A stretch of 64,000 nt of DNA. Origin: Bacilli bacterium. GTDB lineage: Bacteria; Bacillota_I; Bacilli_A; RF39; UBA660. Within the stretch, counting starts at the first letter, position 1, and every line of letters starts with the position of its first letter. The position numbers and the translations under genes were made by a program. The DNA lies in assembly GCA_017542065.1 (NCBI GenBank), contig JAFXXX010000019.1:132756-196755 (forward strand). The letters run 5' to 3'. Of the stretch, positions 9,512-18,154 are shown piece after piece. Below the pieces are notes generated by a model, which saw nothing but the letters and a program-made list of their open reading frames with translations, ran no database searches and had not been told where the DNA came from.

Positions 9512-12148
9512 TCTAGAAATCTGAGGATTTCTATTATCATATCTAGTTTCCTTAGCAACCTTAGTTCTAACTGTATTTCCTCTTGAATCTTTAACAGTAA
9601 ATTTAGCTCCTGCTAAGTTACCGTTAGAATTAGATGTATTTGTTCCATTTAATTCTTTCTTGTTAAAGTCAATTATATATTCATAGTTATTATAGTTCTT
9701 ATTTGTATAGTTTTCAGATGATGTTACTGTAATTGGACTATGTGAATAAACATTAGTTGTTTTTTCAGTAACTGTATAATTATCACCTGCTTTTGGTAAA
9801 TTGAATACACATACTTCACCATTACCATCAGATTTTAAATCAGTTGTAGTATTACTTCCTGTACTAGTTGTATATTTATAACATAATCTAGTTACGTTAT
9901 TAGTATCAGTATAATTTTCTTTAGTAGTTAATACTCTAACTGGTGTAGAACCAAGAGTTACATTAAATGTTATATTACTTAATGCTTGTCCACCATTAAT
10001 AGACATATCTTTCTTAGTCCACATAATAGTATAATCTTTATCTCTTACTTCTACTTGATTAGTAGTAGGACATACTTCCTCTACTCTTCCAGCAGCTTCA
10101 TTTGAAACAAAATCACTATTTGTCATAGCAGGTATTTCACTACCAGCATTATAAGTAACACCTCTATAAGTAAATCCATTTACTTTAGATTTTATTTGTG
10201 ATCTAACAAAACTAACTGTTCTTGGATTATCACCTATAACAGATGCAGCATGTGTAGCATCAGCTACTCTAATTGTTGCATTACCATTACAATATCCTAA
10301 ATGAGTAAATGTAACAATACCATTTGAATTAGTAGTTACTGGTGATGATGTATAAGTTGAATTATATAAACTACATACACCTGCAGGAACTGTTAATTGG
10401 AATTGAACACCAGATTCATTTCTATTATTTGTTCCTTTTGTTTTATGAACAGTTACACAGTGTCTAACTTTAATATTTTCCATTGTTACTGGAGTAGCTG
10501 TAGCATAGTCTTCTGTTGGAGTATAACCAGAACCACCATTATTTAATGGATTAGATGAAGGATATACACAAGATATACCTTGAGCTGCTAAAGTAGTATT
10601 AGCATGTCCATTAACTGTGATAGTTGAATTACAATCTTCATAGAATTTATATTTAGCACCATCTGTTAAATTAGCAAATGTTGCAATACCATTAGCATCA
10701 GTAGTAGCAGTTTTAGTATCAGATGCATTAGACATATTAACGGCAGTTATACTAAGTCCTTGAATTGTATTTCCTGAGTCATCAACTTTCTTTGCTCTTA
10801 AACCAACTTCTACATTATCCCATTCAAATCTTAAATATGCATTAGCATCTTGAGATCTATAGTAGTTTGTAGATTCAAAACGTATAGTAACTGAATGACT
10901 AGTTTCACTTATTACTGTATATCTAAATCTCATTGAAGATGCATCAGCTGCATTATAGTTATGATCATAACAGTAAAATACGACTCTATATGATGAACCA
11001 TTTTCTAGTGGTTCATATGTTATTCCACTTTGTAGTTCTGGAACTAATGATCCTAATGAAACTGAGAAGTTCATTAGTACATTATAATTACCATTTGGAT
11101 TATAAGAACTATAAGATCCACCACCAGTATGTACATAAGTATATGACCAGTTAGCTTCATCTGGATCCCATAATAATTCACCATTTCTTCTTATACATAC
11201 ATCGTTTGCCCAAACACCACAATATTTAATTTCAAATCCAGGATATGGACCACTTAATGAGAATGTTCCTGTGTCTCCTACATGTTTATTAATAGGTCCT
11301 GTTACTTTAATTGCATTAAAGCTATTAGGATCTGATGTTGTATGCGCTTTAGCAGACATAATAGAAAAATCTACTTTAATATCTAATTTACTAATTAAAA
11401 TTGATGGATAGCTAATTCTAACTTTTTTACCATAGATTTCATACATACTTTCAGGTATTTCTTCATCAGCATTATTAATATAAATATGTAAATTTTTCTT
11501 AGATAATCTACCAATACCAAATGCTCCAACATTAACTTCAGTTTCATTATTTATAGCATTATTAGTAGATTTAACTTTTTTAGTTACAAGTTTTTTAACA
11601 TTTGAAGTTAATTCTAGATTTTCAAACTCATCTTTAGACATAATAGTTTGAATTTCAGCTTGTATAGGAATTATTTTATTTTCTTCAAAATATGATACTG
11701 GAACTTTTATTACATTAGTTTTAAAATCATATTCACAACCATCAATAACTTCACCATTTAAATTATATTTTGTAAATACATAGTCTGTATCATTCTTTAA
11801 AAGTGATGGATGTGTATAAGTATCTAGATCTACATATAAGAAATCACCTTTTTTATCTAATGAAATGATTGAATCCATAGTACCTAAGATACCTTCTGGA
11901 AACTCACCTGCTTCATGATTAAATGTTTGTTCCATTGTAATATTTTCTGGTACTTCATCTTTATCCATTATTAAGTAAGTTATATGCATAACATACTCTT
12001 TATCGTAGTTTTTATGACCTTTATTAAACTTCTTATTATCTATTGTATAAATGAATAATAGTATAGCTACTATAATCATTAAAATTGATAATACTGGTAT
12101 AATAGTTTTCTTAAATGGTATATACTTATTTTTCTTTATATTCTTCAT
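6770..12148 (-). CDS. giant cell-surface protein with Cna-B/SpaA-type stalk domains (1792 aa), paralog B
   Basis: Uninterrupted ORF with ATG 12148 preceded by AGGAAGGTAGGG. N-terminal signal anchor, the same domain order as paralog A, ETKAPKGYDLP / ETSAPEGYELP motifs, and a C-terminal ...LVINIQTGKK + TM + RKKISK. Confidence 0.8.
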   Translation of the reverse strand: MKNIKKNKYIPFKKTIIPVLSILMIIVAILLFIYTIDNKKFNKGHKNYDKEYVMHITYLIMDKDEVPENITMEQTFNHEAGEFPEGILGTMDSIISLDKKGDFLYVDLDTYTHPSLLKNDTDYVFTKYNLNGEVIDGCEYDFKTNVIKVPVSYFEENKIIPIQAEIQTIMSKDEFENLELTSNVKKLVTKKVKSTNNAINNETEVNVGAFGIGRLSKKNLHIYINNADEEIPESMYEIYGKKVRISYPSILISKLDIKVDFSIMSAKAHTTSDPNSFNAIKVTGPINKHVGDTGTFSLSGPYPGFEIKYCGVWANDVCIRRNGELLWDPDEANWSYTYVHTGGGSYSSYNPNGNYNVLMNFSVSLGSLVPELQSGITYEPLENGSSYRVVFYCYDHNYNAADASSMRFRYTVISETSHSVTIRFESTNYYRSQDANAYLRFEWDNVEVGLRAKKVDDSGNTIQGLSITAVNMSNASDTKTATTDANGIATFANLTDGAKYKFYEDCNSTITVNGHANTTLAAQGISCVYPSSNPLNNGGSGYTPTEDYATATPVTMENIKVRHCVTVHKTKGTNNRNESGVQFQLTVPAGVCSLYNSTYTSSPVTTNSNGIVTFTHLGYCNGNATIRVADATHAASVIGDNPRTVSFVRSQIKSKVNGFTYRGVTYNAGSEIPAMTNSDFVSNEAAGRVEEVCPTTNQVEVRDKDYTIMWTKKDMSINGGQALSNITFNVTLGSTPVRVLTTKENYTDTNNVTRLCYKYTTSTGSNTTTDLKSDGNGEVCVFNLPKAGDNYTVTEKTTNVYSHSPITVTSSENYTNKNYNNYEYIIDFNKKELNGTNTSNSNGNLAGAKFTVKDSRGNTVRTKVAKETRYDNRNPQISRSCYVVDLVNTSNNTNSEFISDSDGYVCIVGVNKSENYTITEIDPATYYGYANSRSITEESKLTFNTTNLNPKMIYQCPTEVKITKTTTELSNASNDYKKIIYAELQKLTFNILDSNGNVLTFKWNSTTKHYEYQKAINDLKGTNDAGDAAIRLLNGVDVNNTSLVNMNLDILVNYLPEGTYTLREVSSINCGATSSSPANGSNCTCDNNTPNNSGSTTEETACSNMGYAHVPDITFTVRDTNTGASVTCNKSTDDSVKVSLTNKPTEVKFTKKDMYGYLNDEDKVKFENNEEVEAFDNITFKVRKQSTTNLSGTTSVAANNYEWFYITRTGEYRLDVLHKCSSEGQTVGGYTCTQNLHTNNGNLKLTHLCKCESYYIEEYEVPNGTVFVLPKLEGNTCADGYMKVDKNGKLECHPVKAIKVCDCDDSNPESSPPVIIEDLPTKQVFVKKDLKYNTIITDQNTTFELFLAKEGKICNPYDATSKANDCIQVYFKDRLVLNDEADGSLSYRLIPETSSNNKIKELHVDPNTGKLILRYLPSYIDREYVLMETKAPKGYDLPTGEKSVTRFKVVNDTVNVEVSNVPNKPSKAIIGKYDSATGELIPGFKFKVYKVNNYDENLTPMMQSKSNALEFKTIRDGSYEYREVFDTDLVTTCVDREGMPCSSIGGTLVDDTYEDSSIASSEGLITIKEGQALIQYLDTDTYYIIEEVEAPKGYKLPERESDRYTLFYVPASEEVSVETKVYNTESYFTFFKYDEYNNTIDGAKFKLQKLNNEKIYEDVALEDVSTETTKMYKILSTSENYEITTINGQATIYRLTEGQYRIIETSAPEGYELPKKTYNVVTFLVDAKGHTFGSNVIANKKTTTKTMLLPTASAELVINIQTGKKVIKYGLIITGILGLIGLMIFVRKKISK

Positions 12149-12187
12149 AAAATACCCTACCTTCCTATACTATTAGACTATAATAAA

Positions 12188-12196
12188 ATTATAGCA
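12188..12196 (-). promoter_or_regulatory. extended -10 promoter element TGCTATAAT for the 1792-aa gene
   Basis: The rc of 12188..12196 reads TGCTATAAT. It abuts the T-tract of the thrS terminator. Confidence 0.4.
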
Positions 12197-12197
12197 T

Positions 12198-12226
12198 AAA
12201 AAAAAAGTATTTTAAATACTTTTTTT
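12198..12226 (-). terminator. Rho-independent terminator of thrS (hairpin overlaps the stop codon)
   Basis: Minus strand reads AAAAAAGTAT-TTAAA-ATACTTTTTTTTT. The stem is A/T-rich but followed by a T9 tract. Confidence 0.5.
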
Positions 12227-13969
12227 GTTTTTAATTTCATTTAAAACTAGTGTAATAAAGTCATCTTTAGAAACTGTAATTGTTTCTTCTGAACCATATC
12301 TTCTATAAGAGATATTTTCATTATCTTTTTCTTTATCTCCTAGTATTAAAGTTATTGGATATTTATGAATAATTGACTCTCTAAGTTTATAATTCATCTT
12401 TTCATCTCTTAGGTCAAGTTCACATCTAATATCATTTGCTTTTAATTCTTCATAAACTTGTTTAGCATAGTTAGTATGATATTCCATATTAACAGGAACA
12501 ATGTTTATTTGAACTGGAGAAAGCCATAAAGGAAGTATTCCTTTAGTTTCTTCTAAGTAATAAGCAATAAATCTATCAATCGATCCAAATACTGCTCTAT
12601 GTAAAACTACTGGAGTTTTCTTAGAACCATCTGAATCTATATAAGATAAATCAAATTTAGCTGGTAAACAGAAGTCTAATTGGCAAGTTGATAATGTAAT
12701 TTCATTACCTACAGCAGGTTTAACTTGAACATCTAATTTTGGTCCATAGAAAGCTGCTTCACCAATCTTTTCAACATAATCTATGCCTAAATCATTTAAA
12801 ACTGTTCTAAGCATATCTTCTGCTTTGTTCCACATTTCATCATCAGGATGATATTTTACTTTATCTTCAGGATCTCTTAAAGATAATTCAAATCTATAGT
12901 TTTCAATACCTAATTCTTTATAGCATTCAAGTATTAAATCTACTACACCTTTAAATTCAGATTCAACTTGTTCTAAAGTACAGAATATATGTGAATCATT
13001 TTGACAGAAAGATCTAACTCTTTCAATACCTTTTAAAGCTCCAGATGCTTCATATCTACAATCTCTTGCAATTTCTGCTATTCTTAAAGGTAAATCTCTA
13101 TATGAATGTATATCATTACCATAAATAACCATGTGATGAGGACAGTTCATTGGTCTAAGTACATATTCTTCATCTTCTACTTGCATTATTGGGAACATAG
13201 CATCTCTATAGTGATCTAAGTGTCCACTTGTTTTATATAGATTAACATTTCCTAAAGGTGGAGTTTGAACGTGTTTATATCCTCTTTTAATTTCTTTATT
13301 TCTAATATAAGTTTCAAGTTCATTCCACATAATGAAACCATTTGGTAAATACATTGGAAGTCCTCTACCAACAAGTTCACTCATCATATAAATTCCAAGA
13401 TCTTTACCTATTTTTCTATGGTCTCTTTCCTTAGCTTCTTCAAGTTCAGCTATATGAGCATTAAGTTCTTCTTCTGTTGGTAAACAGAATCCATATATTC
13501 TAGTTAATACTTTATTATTAGCATCACCTTTCCAGTAAGCTCCAGATACTTTGGTTAATTTAAAATATTTACATTCTTTTAAAGTATCAACGTGTCCACC
13601 TCTACATAGATCAGTAAAATCACCTTGAGAATATGCAGTAATAACAGTATCCTCAGGCATATTATTTATTAAATCTAATTTGTATTCATCATCTTTAAAG
13701 AAATCTAATGCTTCTTCTCTAGATAATTCTCTTCTAACTATTCTTTTACCATCTTTAGCAAGTTTTTTCATTTCTTTTTCTATAGCTGGTAAATCATCAA
13801 TTGATATTACATCGTCTCCTAAGTCAATATCATAATAGAACCCTTCTTCAATTACAGGTCCAACCCAAAATTTAGCATTTGGATATAAATGCTTAACAGC
13901 TTGTGCAAGCATATGTGCACAACTATGATTTAAATGTGAAATATATTCATCTTCTTTAAAATTAATCAT
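12212..13969 (-). CDS. thrS: threonine--tRNA ligase (585 aa; no N-terminal TGS domain)
   Basis: ThrRS signatures: the editing-domain HxxxH (HSCAHMLAQA) sits at the very N-terminus, followed by DHRKIGKDLGIY, RVRSFCQNDSHIF, FYGPKLD and HRAVFGSIDRF. A Thr T-box lies upstream. Confidence 0.95.
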   Translation of the reverse strand: MINFKEDEYISHLNHSCAHMLAQAVKHLYPNAKFWVGPVIEEGFYYDIDLGDDVISIDDLPAIEKEMKKLAKDGKRIVRRELSREEALDFFKDDEYKLDLINNMPEDTVITAYSQGDFTDLCRGGHVDTLKECKYFKLTKVSGAYWKGDANNKVLTRIYGFCLPTEEELNAHIAELEEAKERDHRKIGKDLGIYMMSELVGRGLPMYLPNGFIMWNELETYIRNKEIKRGYKHVQTPPLGNVNLYKTSGHLDHYRDAMFPIMQVEDEEYVLRPMNCPHHMVIYGNDIHSYRDLPLRIAEIARDCRYEASGALKGIERVRSFCQNDSHIFCTLEQVESEFKGVVDLILECYKELGIENYRFELSLRDPEDKVKYHPDDEMWNKAEDMLRTVLNDLGIDYVEKIGEAAFYGPKLDVQVKPAVGNEITLSTCQLDFCLPAKFDLSYIDSDGSKKTPVVLHRAVFGSIDRFIAYYLEETKGILPLWLSPVQINIVPVNMEYHTNYAKQVYEELKANDIRCELDLRDEKMNYKLRESIIHKYPITLILGDKEKDNENISYRRYGSEETITVSKDDFITLVLNEIKNKKSI

Positions 13970-14543
13970 TTTTCTCTTCCCTTTCTTTTCCTAGATTAAA
14001 TTTTCTATTTAATTCTAATACTTTTGCTTTTGAATTAACTCTATCAAAAATCATGTCTTTATCATCCGTCGTTTTACTTGTTAATAATGGTCTTGACGTG
14101 TATCCTCTCATATTAAGTCCTGGTATAGCAAACATATCATTTAATATTTGCTGTGTACTTACAGATTCTACTTCATCTAAAAATGCATGAATTCTAAATC
14201 CTAATTTTCCATATCTTATTGCTGCATTCAATAAAGGATAAACTAAATCATCTAGTGAAATTATTAATTTTCCTTCCATTTTATATTTTCTAACTAAATA
14301 CTCAATTAAATTCATTCTAATTAAAGTAATTCTTTCATCATATGGAAGATTATCAATATCTTCAGCAATATTTCTAAAAACAGTTCTATCTAAAAATATT
14401 TCTAGATAATCATAATCAAAATTAAACATTTCTTTTATAGATTTTACTTTTTCTGTTTCTCTAGAACCAAATTCATATAGAGTATTAGAAGTAAAGTTAC
14501 TTCCTGTAAGTAAATCGTTTTGTATTCTATCCATTATTTCCAT
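13962..14543 (-). CDS. hypothetical protein (193 aa) between the T-box leader and thrS; positionally equivalent to Bacillus ytxC, but similarity not verifiable here
   Basis: ATG 14543 has GGGGG 6 nt upstream. The ORF-track start at 14612 would read through the T-box terminator, so I reject it. The stop overlaps the thrS start (ATGATTAA, 8-nt overlap). Confidence 0.6.
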   Translation of the reverse strand: MEIMDRIQNDLLTGSNFTSNTLYEFGSRETEKVKSIKEMFNFDYDYLEIFLDRTVFRNIAEDIDNLPYDERITLIRMNLIEYLVRKYKMEGKLIISLDDLVYPLLNAAIRYGKLGFRIHAFLDEVESVSTQQILNDMFAIPGLNMRGYTSRPLLTSKTTDDKDMIFDRVNSKAKVLELNRKFNLGKEREEKND

Positions 14544-14564
14544 AGTATTCCCCCAATAATAATT

Positions 14565-14762
14565 AAAAAACCACATAAACCCTGCCAAGGAGCAAAGTCT
14601 ATGCGGTACCATCCTTAATTATACTTAATTTGAATAACGGCTTTAAACCGGGATTTATTAATCCTCTTAGAAAGTAGTAATTTATATATATCATATTATC
14701 TTACACCAACCGATAACTCTCTATAAATCAAATATATAAATGTTGTCTTTCCTCATTGATTT
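14565..14762 (-). promoter_or_regulatory. T-box riboswitch leader, probable Thr (ACU) specifier
   Basis: On the minus strand: GA/K-turn-like AATGAGGAAAG, an AGAGAG bulge (rc 14717..14722), distal-loop-like GGTTGGTGTAAG, and tandem ACU ACU followed by CUUUC, which can pair with the 5' GGAAAG. T-box sequence AAGGATGGTACCGC (rc 14603..14616). Terminator CCGCATAGAC...GTTTATGTGG (10 bp, two G-U pairs) plus T6 (14565..14606). Confidence 0.8.
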
Positions 14763-14767
14763 ATTTA

Positions 14768-14796
14768 ATTATAACTCTATTATAGTTATTTGTAAA
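14768..14796 (-). promoter_or_regulatory. sigma-A type promoter for the T-box/thrS operon
   Basis: TTTACA (rc 14791..14796), exactly 17 nt of spacer, then TATAAT (rc 14768..14773). Confidence 0.55.
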
Positions 14797-14803
14797 TACT
14801 AGA

Positions 14804-15826
14804 TTAATTACCAGTAGGTCCTAAACGATATGTTTTAATATAACCATCTAGTACTTCTTTATCTTTTTGTGACTCTTTTACCATAGGTATAGAAAACTTT
14901 TTAAGCATAGCAGTCATATCTTCCCATAACATATAAGCTGCTAAAGAAAGCAATTTCATTTTAAGTTCTTCATCCATTTCATCATATGGTTTTGATGCAT
15001 CTTCAGGGTCTATTTTATTTACTTCAAGCCAAAATATAAATGATTCATCATCTTCTCCATTATAATAATTATTAATAAAGTAAGCTTTTAATAAATTAAC
15101 CATTTGAACAAAATTCAGATCATAAAATCTAATATCTCCCTCATAGTAATTTACTACAAGTCCATTGTTTAACGCTATTTTAAATTCAGGATTCTTTTTA
15201 TCTGTATGATAAGCAAACTTCTTAATAAATTCGTCTGTAATAGCATCATAATTACATTTTAGTTTATAATCAGATTCTCTATAATCATATGCAATATGAA
15301 GAGCATCAATAAAGTATTTTACTAATGCAGCTTTTTCTATAGTATCTATTTCATCTTTTGAAAATTCATAACCATTAGTAGCTGTTGTATCTTTAGATTT
15401 AATATCTACCATTGAAATAATACCTGAAAAATCCATTAGGATATCAGCTACTTCATTCATATCAAAATCAAAACTCAGTTTACTAAATAATTCATCAGAT
15501 TGGTATTCAAATATTCCTTCTATGTCTCTATCAAAACCAGTCATAAATTCTCCTGGTTTAGCACACATTGCATTAAAATTATCAATAGCACTATGAGCAA
15601 TACCTGATAAATCATTATTTTCAAAATTAGATATTAATTTATCCTTCATTTCATCATTTGCATCTAAAAATACTAAAATATAGAATGCTTTTAGATACGC
15701 AACAAATTTTTTTTCACATCTCCATTCATCATATAGATTTTCACTATACTTTTCATAGAAATCATGCATTTTAAAAGTTATGCTATCACTATATAATAAA
15801 TTTAAAAACTTGTTTAATTTATCCAT
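14804..15826 (-). CDS. hypothetical acidic cytoplasmic protein (340 aa)
   Basis: ATG 15826 is preceded by GAGGGG with good spacing, whereas the ORF-track ATG at 15859 has no SD. No TM segments and no motif I recognise. Confidence 0.6.
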   Translation of the reverse strand: MDKLNKFLNLLYSDSITFKMHDFYEKYSENLYDEWRCEKKFVAYLKAFYILVFLDANDEMKDKLISNFENNDLSGIAHSAIDNFNAMCAKPGEFMTGFDRDIEGIFEYQSDELFSKLSFDFDMNEVADILMDFSGIISMVDIKSKDTTATNGYEFSKDEIDTIEKAALVKYFIDALHIAYDYRESDYKLKCNYDAITDEFIKKFAYHTDKKNPEFKIALNNGLVVNYYEGDIRFYDLNFVQMVNLLKAYFINNYYNGEDDESFIFWLEVNKIDPEDASKPYDEMDEELKMKLLSLAAYMLWEDMTAMLKKFSIPMVKESQKDKEVLDGYIKTYRLGPTGN

Positions 15827-15866
15827 AGTTATCCCCTCTGACTTGTATATATAATACATTAAAATG

Positions 15867-15893
15867 AAAAAAAAGAAAATAATTATTATTTTC
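15867..15893 (-). terminator. weak A/T-rich hairpin plus T8 after dnaI
   Basis: Minus strand reads GAAAATA-ATAAT-TATTTTC followed by T8. The stem is almost entirely A-T and overlaps the dnaI stop. Confidence 0.3.
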
Positions 15894-16791
15894 TTTTATT
15901 TTCACTAATTAGTGTTAATTCATCTGTTAAATATTTAATACGTTCAATTATTCTCTTTGCTTTTAATTTATCTACTTCATTTTTACTTTCTGACAAATGA
16001 ATTTCTAATTCGTTTAGATTTAAATTAGATGTAAAAAATGTTGGTAGATTATTATCCATTCTATATTGAAGAATAGGTCCTAATATTTCATCTCTAGACC
16101 AAGATGTGATATTTTCTGCTCCTATATCATCAAGTAATAATAAATCTACTTTTCTAGCATAATCATATTCTTCATCAAAATCAGTTTTAAATGAAGATTT
16201 AAGTATTCTTAAAAACTCAGGATAATATATCATAGCTACTTTATAACCATCTTTTACAAGTTCATTAAGCATAGCAGATATAATATATGATTTACCTGTT
16301 CCAAAGTTACCACTTAAATATAAACCTTTAACTTTCTTACCAGCTTTATAATCTTTAATAAAACTAGTTATATATTTAATAAGTGGTACTCTATTCTTAT
16401 CATTAGTATATATATCTTTCATTTTTGCATTTCTAATATCTTTAGAAACTTCAAATCTATATCCATTTTTTAAATATTCAGCATTTTGTAATTCTTCTTC
16501 TTTTTCTTTACATGCAACATATTTAAAATTAAGTATTCCGTCTACTACATATGGAGTTAATATAAACCCAGGAACTTCATTATATAAATATGATTTATCA
16601 TCTTTATGACCATAGTTATCTAACTCATTTGCACATTGAACTAATTTAGAAGTATATTTCATTAATTCTTTATCATCTATATCTAAACTAGTAATAATCT
16701 TAACAAAGTTAGGATCTTTTTTAGCTTTTAGATATTCTGCTTCTAAATTAATCTTTTTAGTTTTAATATTTGAATCTTTTATATCTTTCAT
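15886..16791 (-). CDS. dnaI: primosomal helicase loader DnaI
   Basis: AAA+ Walker A GNFGTGKSY and Walker B LLLDDIGAE. Size of about 300 aa. Conserved dnaB-dnaI synteny upstream of thrS, as in Bacillus. Confidence 0.9.
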   Translation of the reverse strand: MKDIKDSNIKTKKINLEAEYLKAKKDPNFVKIITSLDIDDKELMKYTSKLVQCANELDNYGHKDDKSYLYNEVPGFILTPYVVDGILNFKYVACKEKEEELQNAEYLKNGYRFEVSKDIRNAKMKDIYTNDKNRVPLIKYITSFIKDYKAGKKVKGLYLSGNFGTGKSYIISAMLNELVKDGYKVAMIYYPEFLRILKSSFKTDFDEEYDYARKVDLLLLDDIGAENITSWSRDEILGPILQYRMDNNLPTFFTSNLNLNELEIHLSESKNEVDKLKAKRIIERIKYLTDELTLISENKRK

Positions 16792-16800
16792 ATAACACCT

Positions 16801-18084
16801 CTATGAAAAGTCTTCTAATAATTTCTTTACTTCGTCCTCTTCATCTTTACTAATTTCTTCTTTAGTATTTTCTTTATTAAACCATTCAGGTAAATTTACT
16901 TCTTTTTTCTTATAAATAGTTTCTTTTACTTTTTTACTCTTACTTTCTTTTGATGCTTGATTCATTGCAGCATCAGCAGTTTCAATATTAAGTCTCTTCC
17001 ATTGACCTGCAATAGTTTCTATAAATGCTTTATTAAGTTTATTATTATTAACTCTTAAAGCATAATCAATTAATACATTAACTACACCTGGTTTTAATCC
17101 TACATCAACCATTAAGTCTTCTATTAACTTAAGATCTCTAGATGTTGGTTTAGAACCGTTATATTTACTCTTTAAGAAATTATAAGGAGATGTAGTTTCA
17201 AATGTATAAACCATTTTAGCTCTTTTACTATCTTTTCCTTCAGGGCTTCTTAAATAATCAGGTTGATTTTGATAAATTAATGTTGGTAATTTACCATTAT
17301 TTTGATATTGATAATAGTTTCTAGCATTCTTTCTTAAACTAACTTTATCTATCATTAATTTATCATTAAGTGAACTAATAATTAAGTCTTTTATCTCTAA
17401 AGTATCTAAGTTATATATATATGATAGATACTCAATTAATTCTCTATTTTCTTTATTAAATGTCTTTTCATTAATAGTTTCTTTAGGAAAAGAACTAATT
17501 AATAAATCATAATCAAAGTTATAGTTTAATCTAATACCATTTTTAGATACTTCTTGAACATCTATTAAATTATTAATAAATGAAGAAGATGGAACAGATG
17601 AATAAACATCATCAAAACTCTTAGTTATATCTTCATATTCACTAAGATTTACTCTAGGTACTTTAAAATATAAAACTAATCTTTCATATTCCTTTTTACC
17701 AACATTATTATATAAAACAATATTTAATATTGGATGAGAAAAGAATTCACTTGCACTAAGTGGAGAAAATAATTCATATACATAAGAATTAGAATCTTCT
17801 TTTTCTTTTACAAATGTTTTAAGTAGACCTATGCCCTCTAATTTTTCTCTAGCTTCTAATATATCTTCTAGATTAATTTTATTATTAACCATTAATGAAT
17901 GATGAGTAAATTCATCACTCATAAATTCATTTTTATCTAAATTTAAACATAAAGTATTATATAGATTAGTACTAATACTACCTATGATTGGTTGATAAAG
18001 CATAGTTAAAATCTTTCTATCACTATCATTTAGAATAGTTTTATTAACTACAATATAAGTATCTGCAGGTAAAAGATTTCTCAT
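16801..18084 (-). CDS. dnaB: replication initiation / membrane attachment protein DnaB (Firmicute type, DnaD-like domains; not the helicase)
   Basis: ATG 18084 is preceded by GGATGGTGA. The N-terminus MRNLLPADTYIVVNKT resembles Bacillus DnaB N-termini. It lies immediately upstream of dnaI. The ORF-track start at 18141 lies inside the terminator/promoter region. Confidence 0.75.
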   Translation of the reverse strand: MRNLLPADTYIVVNKTILNDSDRKILTMLYQPIIGSISTNLYNTLCLNLDKNEFMSDEFTHHSLMVNNKINLEDILEAREKLEGIGLLKTFVKEKEDSNSYVYELFSPLSASEFFSHPILNIVLYNNVGKKEYERLVLYFKVPRVNLSEYEDITKSFDDVYSSVPSSSFINNLIDVQEVSKNGIRLNYNFDYDLLISSFPKETINEKTFNKENRELIEYLSYIYNLDTLEIKDLIISSLNDKLMIDKVSLRKNARNYYQYQNNGKLPTLIYQNQPDYLRSPEGKDSKRAKMVYTFETTSPYNFLKSKYNGSKPTSRDLKLIEDLMVDVGLKPGVVNVLIDYALRVNNNKLNKAFIETIAGQWKRLNIETADAAMNQASKESKSKKVKETIYKKKEVNLPEWFNKENTKEEISKDEEDEVKKLLEDFS

Positions 18085-18125
18085 GATTATCACCATCCTA
18101 TAAACTTTATTATACTTTATTTCAT

Positions 18126-18154
18126 AATAAAAATCTAGCAATTATGCTAGATTT
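18126..18154 (-). terminator. Rho-independent terminator of the 4301-aa gene (the loop contains the stop codon)
   Basis: Minus strand reads AAATCTAGCA-TAAT-TGCTAGATTT followed by TTATT. The TATAAT for dnaB follows at rc 18109..18114. Confidence 0.55.

Noticed and set aside
13962-14612. ORF-track N-terminal extensions: 14612 for the 193-aa ORF, 18141 for dnaB, 31062 (TTG) for the giant gene, and 38273 (GTG), 15859, 41795, 44247, 47737, 50387 (GTG), 55485 and 63868.
   Set aside because: The extended starts lack an SD. They run through a T-box terminator, a terminator or promoter, or the SD itself. In each case an internal ATG with a strong GGAGG-like SD at proper spacing gives an N-terminus typical of the family.
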